A stretch of 64,000 nucleotides of DNA, taken from the NCBI GenBank assembly GCA_963664115.2, contig CAXWPJ010000005.1, positions 160,001 to 224,000 of the forward strand, in the 5' to 3' direction. This document shows, piece after piece, positions 20,887-30,297 of the stretch. The stretch is from Terriglobia bacterium. Lineage in GTDB: Bacteria > Acidobacteriota > Terriglobia > 20CM-2-55-15. A program made the translations under genes and the position numbers. Position 1 is the stretch's first letter. Every line of letters begins with the position of its first letter. The notes beneath the pieces were generated by a model, which was not told the DNA's origin, did not search any database, and saw nothing but the letters and a program-made list of their open reading frames with translations.

Positions 20887-22167
20887 ATGCGCCATGCAAG
20901 GTTCATTGCGGTTCTGATTGCTATCACTCTCTTTTTGGCGACGGCATGTTCCACTCCGGCTACGGTTGAGACGCCGCCCGCGGACCCGGTTACGGTGTTC
21001 GAGGGTGCACGCCTCATTGTCGGGGACGGTAGCGGCCCGATCGAGGATGCCGCATTCGTCGTTCAGAACGGTCAATTCACCGCGGTGGGTGCAAGTGGAC
21101 AGCTCAACGTTCCGGCCGGAGCCCAGAGGGTGGACCTGACCGGCAAGACCGTCATGCCGGCGATTATCGACACGCACAAGCACCTGGCGAACAATCGCGA
21201 AGACTTGGTCGATCAGCTGCAGCGGATGGCGTACTACGGCATTGGTGTGGCCATGAGTCTCGGCCATGATGTCGGCGATCTGGCGTTCCAGGTGCGGGAG
21301 GAAACGATTCCCAACGCCGCGCGATCGCTCACCGCAGGATTCGGGATTACGGCGCCGGAGCCGGGACGCACCGAGGAGGCCTACTGGGTTACGAGCGAAG
21401 ACGAGGCCCGGGCGGCCGTCCAGGAGCTGGCCGAGAGGCAGGTCGACCTGGTCAAGCTCTGGGTTGACGATAGGGGCGGCACGCACCAGAAGTTAAGCCC
21501 GGACCTCTACGGCGCCATCATCGATGAGGCTCACAGTCACAACCTTCGCACTACAGCCCATATCTTTGCGCTCGAGGATGCGAAGGGGCTGCTGCGGGCG
21601 GGTCTGGATGCCTTTGCTCACGGTGTTCGAGACCGGGACGTCGACGATGAATTCGTCGCGCTGATTCGGGAGCGCCCGAATTTCGTCCTCGTGCCGAACA
21701 TGGCCGATCGAGGCGTGGCGGTGGACATGGGCTGGTTGAGTGAAACGCTGCCCGCCGATGAGGTCGAGCGGCTTCAGGCGGGGGCTACGGACCGGCCCGA
21801 GGCCCAGGAAACATTCGGAATTCAGGCGCGCAATCTGGCACGACTCCACGCGGAGGGCGTAAAAATCGCCTTGGGAACGGACGGCAGTCCCGCCTGGAGG
21901 GCGCATGTCGAAATGGTGGACATGGTGGCGGCGGGGATGACGCCGGCAGACGTCATTGTGGCTGCGACCAGCAACGCGGCGGAGTTCCTGGAACTTACCG
22001 CCGTCGGCACCGTAGCCGCGGGCAAGAGCGCGGATTTCATCGTGCTGGACGCCAATCCTCTCGACGACATCACCAATACGCGGCTGATCAACGCGGTCTA
22101 TCTCCGCGGGGACGCAGTCGACCGTGACGGCTTGAGGGCACAGTGGACCGGCCAGACTTCGCAGTGA
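20887..22167 (+). CDS. Amidohydrolase-family lipoprotein
   Basis: Lipobox ATAC; MPAIIDTHKH, AH, HG, GTD and GKSADFIVLDANPL motifs. Confidence 0.9.
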   Translation: MRHARFIAVLIAITLFLATACSTPATVETPPADPVTVFEGARLIVGDGSGPIEDAAFVVQNGQFTAVGASGQLNVPAGAQRVDLTGKTVMPAIIDTHKHLANNREDLVDQLQRMAYYGIGVAMSLGHDVGDLAFQVREETIPNAARSLTAGFGITAPEPGRTEEAYWVTSEDEARAAVQELAERQVDLVKLWVDDRGGTHQKLSPDLYGAIIDEAHSHNLRTTAHIFALEDAKGLLRAGLDAFAHGVRDRDVDDEFVALIRERPNFVLVPNMADRGVAVDMGWLSETLPADEVERLQAGATDRPEAQETFGIQARNLARLHAEGVKIALGTDGSPAWRAHVEMVDMVAAGMTPADVIVAATSNAAEFLELTAVGTVAAGKSADFIVLDANPLDDITNTRLINAVYLRGDAVDRDGLRAQWTGQTSQ

Positions 22168-22199
22168 GAGTGCAGGTAATCTCTACTTAGGGTCTAAAG

Positions 22200-22253
22200 G
22201 TCGGAGTGGTGCCCGATCGGTGCGGGTCGATCAAGCTGAGGCGGCCGCTTGCC
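22200..22253 (+). repeat. Highly decayed kinase 3'-end remnant
   Basis: VGVVPDRCGSIKLRRPLA aligns without gaps to INVVLNWFEELKERVPVP, mostly with single-base codon changes. Confidence 0.55.
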
Positions 22254-22324
22254 GGGTCGTCAAAGAACGGGCTCCGAACGGCCGGATCGGGAATCGATTC
22301 TGACGCGTAGCGGGGGGACTCTTA

Positions 22325-23767
22325 CTAAGGGGTCTCCTCGGGCCCGGTTCCGCGTACCGCGCCGTTCTCGACGAGAAAAGCTACAACAGTTTCGTACTCG
22401 AGATTCGTCGCAGCATCCAGCGCTGTGCGGCCCTCGGTGTTGGTCGCATTGACATCCACTCCCAGCTCGACGGCCAACGTTACGGCTTCGAGTGCGGGGG
22501 CTTCTTTTTGGCTCGGCTCGGGCTGGAGCCACGCTCGGCCGCCACCCATTCCCAGCGCGGCCATCAGAACCGTCGTGACGGTGGTACTTTCCTGAAGCCG
22601 AGATCCCCTGACGTCCACCAGCATGTGTGAGCCCTGCTGCACGAACAGCGGATCGGCGCCATGGCTAAGCAGGAGACGCATGACCGCCGGGCTGCTGAAA
22701 GCCGCGGCGAGCCAGAGGGGCGACGCTCCAACCAACTCGGGGTCAAAACTGAAATCCAGCGACGCTCGCCGAGAGGGCGTCCATGTCGTCAGTGGGGCGC
22801 TCCGGTCGGCACCGTGGGCGAGCAGCTCGCTCACCATCCGTTCATCGCGATGCATTATCGCGTTATGCAGGGCCGTAAAGCCGGGCCCGGCAGCGTTCGG
22901 ATCGGCTCCGGCTTCAAGGAGGAATCCAACGAGTTCCGTGAAGCCGGAGTGCGCGGCAAGGGACACCGCGCTGACGCTCCAGGCGTCGGCATCGTTCACA
23001 TTCGCGCCCTCAGCCACAAGAGCCCTGGCGGAAGCCAGCGCTCCGCCGCGCGCGGCAAACATCAACGCGGTGTCGCCCCCGTGCGGGATATCCCGGTTGT
23101 AGTAAGTGTGGGGCACCACCGCCATGATCTGACTCCAGACCTCGGAGCGGGCATGAACGTCGGCGCCGTGCACCAGCAGCACCTCGACGACATCGGGATG
23201 CTTCTGCGCCGCCGCCCACATGAGCGCCGTTTGATCGCGTGCGGCCCGCGCGTTCACGTCCCCGCCTTCGGCAATCAGTTGTTCGACGACGACCCGATTG
23301 CCGGAACGGGAAGCGACCATGATCGGAGTCTCGCCAAGCAGAAGTGCTGCGTTCGGATCGGCTCCGGCCTCCAACAACCGTCCGACCATCGTCTCGCTTC
23401 CGTTTTGACTGGCGGCCCAGAGCGGCGTCGCGCCGAGATCGTTCCCCCGGTTCACGTCCGCGCCCGCCTGAATCAGCAGGTCGGCGCTCACCCCATCATC
23501 CCGGTAGCTGGCCCAAACAAGGGCGGTCGTACCATCTGCTTCCCCCAGGTTGGGGTCCGCTCCTTGTGCGAGTAAGGCGCGAAGCGATTCGGTGTCTCCG
23601 TTCCTGACCGCGTCGACCAGCGGCGGGCCAATCGCGGCAGCGCCTGCGGCCTCCGTAACCATAAGGCCTGCGGCCCCTGCGAAAATAGCGCCTGCGGCCC
23701 CTGCGAAAATAAGGCAGGCGGCGAGCCCGAATGGCGTGAGACGCACTAGTTTAGAAATGACCCGCAT
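22325..23767 (-). CDS. Exported ankyrin-repeat protein
   Basis: Many G.TPL..AA..G....V..LL..GAD.N repeats; 24-bp duplication (IFAGAAGA) in the signal region. Confidence 0.93.
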   Translation of the reverse strand: MRVISKLVRLTPFGLAACLIFAGAAGAIFAGAAGLMVTEAAGAAAIGPPLVDAVRNGDTESLRALLAQGADPNLGEADGTTALVWASYRDDGVSADLLIQAGADVNRGNDLGATPLWAASQNGSETMVGRLLEAGADPNAALLLGETPIMVASRSGNRVVVEQLIAEGGDVNARAARDQTALMWAAAQKHPDVVEVLLVHGADVHARSEVWSQIMAVVPHTYYNRDIPHGGDTALMFAARGGALASARALVAEGANVNDADAWSVSAVSLAAHSGFTELVGFLLEAGADPNAAGPGFTALHNAIMHRDERMVSELLAHGADRSAPLTTWTPSRRASLDFSFDPELVGASPLWLAAAFSSPAVMRLLLSHGADPLFVQQGSHMLVDVRGSRLQESTTVTTVLMAALGMGGGRAWLQPEPSQKEAPALEAVTLAVELGVDVNATNTEGRTALDAATNLEYETVVAFLVENGAVRGTGPEETP

Positions 23768-23788
23768 GGTTCGTTCAATCTCCCGTAG

Positions 23789-25129
23789 CTAAACCCCCGA
23801 GAGCGTATCCAGCGAGAGCTTGCCGGTGCTGCCGCCGACGCGCTCGACGGGCACGTCCATCTTGTCCATCAGCGAGAGGAGCAGGTTGGCTATCGTCGGA
23901 GAGTCCGACTCGGAATACTTGAGGTGCCGGCCGCCCTGGAGCCGGCCCGATCCACCGCCCATCACCAGAAGCGGCAGGTTGTTGCCCGAGTGGTCCGCGC
24001 TGTTGGAGATCCCCGAGCCATAGAGGATCATCATGTGATCGAGCAGGGAACCGTCCCCGTCAGGCGTCGCACGGAGCCTGGCCAGATAATTGGAGAACAG
24101 CTCGGTGTGATAACGGTTGATGATAGCCAGCCTGGCGATCACTTCGGGAACATCGTTGTGATGCGACAAGGGATGGTGCGCCTCCGGCACGCCGATTTGA
24201 GGATAGGGGCGCGCGTTCTGTTCTTTGCCGATCATGAATGAAATGACGCGGGTCAGGTCCGATTGAAAAGCGATGAGCTGCAGGTCCAGCATCAGCGCCA
24301 GGTGATCTTCGAAGACAGGAGGCGCGCCTTGAGGCTGCTCGAGTGTCGGCAGCTCGATGTCGCTCTGTTCCTCAGCTCTCTGAATGCGCCGTTCGACGTC
24401 CCGAACCGCATCGGTGTACTCGTTGACCTTGGTCTGGTCTCCCGGTCCGAGATCGTTCTTGAGACTCGTCAGCTTCTCGTTCACCGAATCCAATATGCTC
24501 TTGTGCTGCTCGAATCTCTCCTGGCGTGCGCTTCGTTCGGTACTGCCGGTATCGCCAAACAGGCGCTCGAACACCACACGTGGATTCCACTCCATCGGCA
24601 AGGGCTGGGTCGGGCTGCGCCACGAGAGCGTGTGCGTGTAGACGCAGCTCAGGTTGCCTGTGCACGCCCCCGCGTTGCTCGGGGCATCCATCGAAAGCTC
24701 GAGCGATCCCACCTGTGTCTCTCTGGAAAATTGCCGTGCCAACAACTGGTCGATCGACGTGTCCGCGATGATTTCGACCTCGTTTGTTCCGCCCTGTGCC
24801 GTGCCGGTCAGAAATGAGCCGGAAGCACCCGCGTGGATGTAGTTCCAGTTCGCGTTGATGCCGCTCAACACGAGCATCTGATCCCTGAACGGTGCCAGCG
24901 GCTCCAGAATGGGTGAGAGTCGGAAGTTGCGTCCCTCGCCTTCGGGTGACCAGTGGGGCATGGCCATGCCATTGGGCACATAAAACGCCTGAAACCGTTT
25001 GACCGGTTTCGCGGCCTCCTGCGCGTTGGCCGACGCGGGAACCATCGCTTCGAGAAAGGGCAGCGCGATTGTTGCGCCCATGCCGCGTAATACCGTTCGC
25101 CGGGATATCGATTTCTTAGTGATGAACAT
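23789..25129 (-). CDS. DUF1552 protein (Tat signal)
   Basis: ISRRTVLRG..LPFLEAMVP, YVPNG, NPRVVFERLFG and HHPLSHH motifs. Confidence 0.92.
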   Translation of the reverse strand: MFITKKSISRRTVLRGMGATIALPFLEAMVPASANAQEAAKPVKRFQAFYVPNGMAMPHWSPEGEGRNFRLSPILEPLAPFRDQMLVLSGINANWNYIHAGASGSFLTGTAQGGTNEVEIIADTSIDQLLARQFSRETQVGSLELSMDAPSNAGACTGNLSCVYTHTLSWRSPTQPLPMEWNPRVVFERLFGDTGSTERSARQERFEQHKSILDSVNEKLTSLKNDLGPGDQTKVNEYTDAVRDVERRIQRAEEQSDIELPTLEQPQGAPPVFEDHLALMLDLQLIAFQSDLTRVISFMIGKEQNARPYPQIGVPEAHHPLSHHNDVPEVIARLAIINRYHTELFSNYLARLRATPDGDGSLLDHMMILYGSGISNSADHSGNNLPLLVMGGGSGRLQGGRHLKYSESDSPTIANLLLSLMDKMDVPVERVGGSTGKLSLDTLSGV

Positions 25130-25161
25130 ACGAGTTGCCTCTCTTCAACAATTCTAATTGA

Positions 25162-27711
25162 TTATGGATCGATGATCATTGCTACATTAGACTCATCTGC
25201 TACGGTCCGCATCAAAAAAGCGGGACTTCGGACTATCCCCAGAATCAGTGACGACCAGCGGTAGTCACTCTCCGCCGCATCGCGAACGATTTTTCTTACT
25301 GTCGGCTGATCGTAGTACTCGAGTCTTCGGCCGAGAGCGTAGGCCATAAGTTTCTTGGTGACGGTGCGGGGAAACGCCTCGGGTTCATCGAGCAGCAGCG
25401 CCCGCAGTCCGGAGAGCCCTTCAACCTGTCGGCCGCTCACCGTCGTCGCCGTGGCATCGATCTCCTGGCCCGATTCGTCAAAGGTCCGCCAGCCCCCAAT
25501 GACATCAAAATTTTCCAGAGCGAACCCGAGCGGGTCGATGAGTGAATGGCAGGTGTTGCACGAGGGATTCTCCCGGTGTTGGGCGAGCCGCTCGCGTATC
25601 CCCGTGGGTACAACCGCGGGCGCGGAGTCCTCCAGGGCGGGGACTCCGGCAGGGGGCGGCGGCACAGGCAGGGCCAGAATGTTGTCCAACAGCCATTTGC
25701 CACGCAAAACCGGCGATGTGCGGTCCGGGTACGATGTTGTTGCCAGCAGCGCTCCCTGGGCGAGCAAACCGCCTCGCTCGTCGTGGTTGGGGAGGGTAAC
25801 GCGTCGGAAACGGCTTCCGTACACCCGCTCAATCCCGTAGTGCCGCGCGAGCCGTTCGTTAACGAAGGTATAGTCCGCGTCCAGAAGATCCCCAACGCTC
25901 CGGTCCTCTTCTATGGTGCTGGCCACAAACAGTTCCGTCTCTCGTTGGAATCCCTGCAAAAGACTCAGGTCATACTGGGGATAAACTGCCGGGTCAACCA
26001 CCACTTCCGCAACGCGGCGCAGGTTCAGCCACTGTGCAGCAAAATCGTCGACCAGCGTGTTGGTGGCACGCGGATCGGCCAGCATGCGCCGCGCTTCCTG
26101 TTCCAGGGTCAGCGGATTGCTCAGCCGTCCCTCCTCGGCCAAAGTGAGCAGGCGCTCATCCGGACTGCTGCTCCACAGGAAGAATGACAAGCGCGAGGCC
26201 AGCTCGATTCCGCTCAAGCTATACGTCTCTTGTTCCCCTGACGGTGGATCCCGATAAACACGCAGGAGAAAGTCCGGATCCACGAGCAGTCGTTCGAGCG
26301 CGAATTGAATTCCAGCGTCAAAACTCCCACCGGAATTTCTGCCCCGATCAAAGAACTCGAGCAGCGTTCCGACATCCGGATCCGTCACGGGCCGGCGATA
26401 AGCGAGCCGTGCCATTCTTGAAAGGATCGTCGTCGCGCAGGCCCGTTCTTCGGCGACATTCACCGCATTGGCGGCAGGCTCGGGCTGACACACGAAGATA
26501 GCGCGGCGGCTGGGCGTGTCCCGGGCGGGTATCGAATTCTCGTAAGCACTGCCGATCTGGACCGAGCCCACGTTGCCGTAACCCATGTATACCTGGTCGT
26601 TCCCGATAACTCTCCCTCTTTGCAATGGTTGCGGGAGACCTTCCGGTTCCCACAGCTCCCTGACGAACGACACGCCGACAACATGGGGGCCCGCTTCCAC
26701 CGGGACACGAACCTCGAGGTCAGCGTCTCCGATTGTCTGCATGTACTCTTCCCATTCGGAATCCCCGTCGTAGCCGACTTCACCGGCGCCTGCGAAACTG
26801 GCGGCGGCCGGCCTGCCCTGTGCCTGGCCTCCGACGGTGAACCGTTCGAGCAGTGCGCCATCGATACGCAGATCGAGTTGCTGCGGCCATCCCATGCCCT
26901 TCAGATAAGATTGATACTGCCGCTGGAGATTGACCTTGATCAGGTACTCGCCATCGACTGGAAAGTTGTAGCGTATCGCCATACCGCCACGAGACCCGAG
27001 AGGCAGATCTTCGCTCTCCCTGTCGTTCTGCAAAACGTGTAAAGGAATCTCGAAGGTTTCAAGTGTCGGGTTTGCTGGGGGAAGACCTGTCGCGAGCCGC
27101 GTCACCTGACGGGCCACCGACATGTATCGTTCCAGGTGGGCCGTCGAAATTGTGAGGCTGTCCGCGAAGTTGTCGAAACTGCCGTCCGCTGTCTCGTCCC
27201 CGGGCAGCAGGGGCGTGACATCGATGTCGAGCGCGAGCAGATCGCGTATCGCGTTGTTGTATTCCACGCGATTGAGACGATGGACCGCGCCGATTCTGCC
27301 CGGATTTGGCCTGGCCTCCGACGCGCGGTCGATTTCGAGCTCCAATAAGTTTGCCACCTCGCGGTACGTATCCGGATCGGGACGCGGACTCTGTGGCGGC
27401 GGCATCGAGGCGGCCCTCAGCTTGGCGATGACTTTCTCCCAAACCTCGGCGTTGGAGCCCGGGTTCGCAACATCCAGACTCTCGAGATCGAGTCCAGCCG
27501 TTTGGAGCGCCTGGCTGTGGCAGGTCAGGCAATACTGGTCGATGAGGGCCTGGGGAGTAGCTGACGACACTGCCGGAGGGCTTGCCGTCTGGGGCTGGGA
27601 GGCCGCAGTGCTGGATAGAGCCACGGCGATTGCGGCGCCGGCCATGAACGCGGACGTCCTCCGCCAAAAACGCTTCGTCTCGGTCCTCAACAACAAACAC
27701 TCCTCTGGCAT
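25162..27711 (-). CDS. Cytochrome c-containing DUF1587/1592/1588/1585/1595 (PSD/PSCyt) protein
   Basis: CLTCH and CNTCH heme motifs; RLNRVEYNNAIRDLL, ELASRLSFFLWSS.PD and TSPVLRGKW motifs. Confidence 0.92.
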   Translation of the reverse strand: MPEECLLLRTETKRFWRRTSAFMAGAAIAVALSSTAASQPQTASPPAVSSATPQALIDQYCLTCHSQALQTAGLDLESLDVANPGSNAEVWEKVIAKLRAASMPPPQSPRPDPDTYREVANLLELEIDRASEARPNPGRIGAVHRLNRVEYNNAIRDLLALDIDVTPLLPGDETADGSFDNFADSLTISTAHLERYMSVARQVTRLATGLPPANPTLETFEIPLHVLQNDRESEDLPLGSRGGMAIRYNFPVDGEYLIKVNLQRQYQSYLKGMGWPQQLDLRIDGALLERFTVGGQAQGRPAAASFAGAGEVGYDGDSEWEEYMQTIGDADLEVRVPVEAGPHVVGVSFVRELWEPEGLPQPLQRGRVIGNDQVYMGYGNVGSVQIGSAYENSIPARDTPSRRAIFVCQPEPAANAVNVAEERACATTILSRMARLAYRRPVTDPDVGTLLEFFDRGRNSGGSFDAGIQFALERLLVDPDFLLRVYRDPPSGEQETYSLSGIELASRLSFFLWSSSPDERLLTLAEEGRLSNPLTLEQEARRMLADPRATNTLVDDFAAQWLNLRRVAEVVVDPAVYPQYDLSLLQGFQRETELFVASTIEEDRSVGDLLDADYTFVNERLARHYGIERVYGSRFRRVTLPNHDERGGLLAQGALLATTSYPDRTSPVLRGKWLLDNILALPVPPPPAGVPALEDSAPAVVPTGIRERLAQHRENPSCNTCHSLIDPLGFALENFDVIGGWRTFDESGQEIDATATTVSGRQVEGLSGLRALLLDEPEAFPRTVTKKLMAYALGRRLEYYDQPTVRKIVRDAAESDYRWSSLILGIVRSPAFLMRTVADESNVAMIIDP

Positions 27712-27904
27712 TTCCGTCCCTGCCGTTATCGGCCCAGCGGTGCTATGCCTGTTTTCGGTGATTTTCTCCTATAGGTTGGCTATATGCAAAGAAATACTGG
27801 AAATTCAGAACCTGGGGCAGGGGGTGTGTCGTGAGCGCCCGGGGTGTAACCGAAGTTTCACACCGCGTCACTCAAACTCCGGCGCTTCGAGCCCTGCGGT
27901 CAAC

Positions 27905-28618
27905 TTATAGCGGTCTGTTCGGGTTGATTATCGTGCGCCACATGAAGCTGCTCGGCGAGTTGTCCCAGCCAAGGCCTTCCTTTGGCTGTTTGAAGTGGCG
28001 GCCGATGATGTCGAGAAATGGCGCGATCGTCGGATGGGCGTCCGGGTCGAAGCTGTAGTCGTCGTTCACGACGATTTGCATCGCGTGATCGTACCATCGG
28101 TGGTTCCTGGCGTGATCGTACTCGGCCTGGATATAAGGTTCCGGCACGTAGTCCGGGCCGAAGAGTTCCGTATACAGTGCGGGGTACTCATATCCGTAGT
28201 CGGGAGCCCGATAGAAGCGAAGCGACTGATGATAGCGGATGGAGAAGGCCACCCGGTCCGATACATACGGTCGATATAAGGCTTCGGCCCAGAAACCGTG
28301 GTCCGGTTTCTTCAATACCATTCCAGTGTCATGAATCAGGCACGCAAAAACTGCTTCTTCCGGTGCGCCGTTCTCAAGAGCTCGCTCAGCGCTTTGCAGG
28401 CAATGGTTGCTGGCAGCGCCGAAGCGCATCTCGAAGAAATCGCCCAGGGTCGGCTGTGCGGGCATAGCAGACGATTCCTGATTCGTGGCCGCGAGTGTTG
28501 CCACTGGAGCGAGTTGGCGCATCTTTTCTTCATCCAGCCGCTCGGCGACTTCGGACCTGCGGTCTGAGGCATTCCTTCGCTCTCGTTCCACGGGTTTACG
28601 CTTTTTTTTCTGCGCCAT
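27905..28618 (-). CDS. HD-domain-like hypothetical protein
   Basis: NHCLQSA, ACLIHD, DHG and IRYHQ motifs; start uncertain. Confidence 0.7.
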   Translation of the reverse strand: MAQKKKRKPVERERRNASDRRSEVAERLDEEKMRQLAPVATLAATNQESSAMPAQPTLGDFFEMRFGAASNHCLQSAERALENGAPEEAVFACLIHDTGMVLKKPDHGFWAEALYRPYVSDRVAFSIRYHQSLRFYRAPDYGYEYPALYTELFGPDYVPEPYIQAEYDHARNHRWYDHAMQIVVNDDYSFDPDAHPTIAPFLDIIGRHFKQPKEGLGWDNSPSSFMWRTIINPNRPL

Positions 28619-28698
28619 GCTGCTAGTTTGAGTACGCGGCCTGGAGGATGTCAAGCGATGCGGCCGGGTCCGGCGTGGCGACTGCGGTTGCCGTGTAG

Positions 28699-29193
28699 GG
28701 CGCGGAGAACGCCGCCAGAGGGCTCAACAATATCTGGCGCAACGCCAAGATCGGAGTGTTCGATCCCGAAACGAAGACCTACTCGGAGTTTCCCACGCCA
28801 ACTCCGGAATCCGGTCCCCGGCGCGGCGAGATTGACGCGCAGGACCGCCTGTGGGTCGCACTCTATTACGCGGGCCGGGTGGCCCGCTTCGATCCCAACA
28901 CGGGCGAGATCAAAGAGTTCCCGTTGATTCCCGGCACGGAGGCTTTTGCCCCGCCGCATGCGGCGCCATACTCGACCTCCGTCGACAACGAACACCAGTT
29001 CGTTTGGACAACGGATTTCTACAGCAGTCGAATCTTTCGGATCGACATGCAAACCGAGGGCGTTACGGAATATATGATGCCTGGGCCTTACGAAGTCCGT
29101 GATCTGACGGTCGAAAGCGGAACCGACCGGCCGACCTTCTGGATTCCTTCTTACCGGCCGCCATCACAGATTGTGAAAGTGCAGTTACGGTAA
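28699..29193 (+). pseudogene. C-terminal fragment of a Vgb-like beta-propeller protein
   Basis: Repeats GPRRGEIDAQDRLWV and APYSTSVD; bounded by an upstream in-frame stop with no clear RBS or start; resembles the last third of 30298-31968. Confidence 0.7.
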
Positions 29194-29216
29194 GTCGCGT
29201 CCTCGAATCGAGGTGA

Positions 29217-30224
29217 TCAGAATATCGCCAGGGGGTTCACCGGCGAACCACTCCCGCCCTCTACCGGAAGCGGGGCCCACGTGATCATGAACTCGTATCG
29301 ATTCAGTTCTCTGGCCGTCTCGACCGCGCGTTCGAGGTCGAGACACTCCAGGATGTTGATCCCCATCCAGTGCAGCACCGCTTCGTGGATCGGGCCTCCG
29401 CGAATACCCTCTGCCTCGCCCCATCCAGGTCTCGGGGCCCAGTCGATGTTGAAGTCATGCGCGATGAAGGCGGGCTCGCGCTCCCTGATCCAGGGGACAG
29501 TATCGACGTAGTACCCCGGAACCTCACCGCGCCATGCGCCCATCTGCGCCCGCCGTTTCCAACGTCCGACGTAGAGCAGGACCACGTCCCCCGGGCCCGC
29601 CCGGACACCCGACATCTCTTCCCAGGCTTCCAGATCCGCTCGCGTGATAGGCGTTGCTGGATCTATCCATTCGACTCCCTTCAGCTGCGGAATGTCGTAA
29701 AGCACCGCGCGGGTCGTGACGCCGTCCTTCCAGTTCATCACGCTGCCTTCCTTGCAGCCCTCTTCCTCGGTGATGTTGCCTGCGACAGGTATGCCGTTGT
29801 ACATTTCGCCGTCGAAGAAGCGGTGGCACCAGGTGTCCATGTGCGACACCGTGAGGCCGTGGTAGCTCACACGGTAGGTATCGCTGGTGCCGATCGGGCC
29901 GATCCGGTTGGTCGTCCGGTAGAACAGCCCGTTCTCGTTCACATCGGCTGCAGCCTCTTGCGGCACGGCGTGGGCCAGCGAGATAGCGATGCCGTTCTCC
30001 ACTAGATCCACCGCGCTCCGGACTTTCTCGGGCGTGATCAGGTTGGTCATACCCTTTTGGTCCTCCGGTCCCCACCGGCCCCAGTTTTTGAACTCCGTCT
30101 TCCAGCTGAGGAACTCCTCGGGCGTTACTGTGCCGGGGTCCTGGCCCTGGCCCTGGCCCGGGGACAACATCAAAGCACCCACAAAGGCACCCAGAAAAAC
30201 AAGACTTTGGATCCGATGCATCAT
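29217..30224 (-). CDS. Exported cyclase-family (kynurenine formamidase-like) protein
   Basis: NWGRWGPEDQKG, HGLTVSHMD, GD..LL..G and GGSGSPVNPLAIF motifs; signal peptide. Confidence 0.88.
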   Translation of the reverse strand: MMHRIQSLVFLGAFVGALMLSPGQGQGQDPGTVTPEEFLSWKTEFKNWGRWGPEDQKGMTNLITPEKVRSAVDLVENGIAISLAHAVPQEAAADVNENGLFYRTTNRIGPIGTSDTYRVSYHGLTVSHMDTWCHRFFDGEMYNGIPVAGNITEEEGCKEGSVMNWKDGVTTRAVLYDIPQLKGVEWIDPATPITRADLEAWEEMSGVRAGPGDVVLLYVGRWKRRAQMGAWRGEVPGYYVDTVPWIREREPAFIAHDFNIDWAPRPGWGEAEGIRGGPIHEAVLHWMGINILECLDLERAVETARELNRYEFMITWAPLPVEGGSGSPVNPLAIF

Positions 30225-30297
30225 TCGTTTCTCCTTTGTTTCTCCTTGATCAAGCTTCAATTATCGCGCCCGATGGGTGGTCTGCTTTCCCGTTTCT

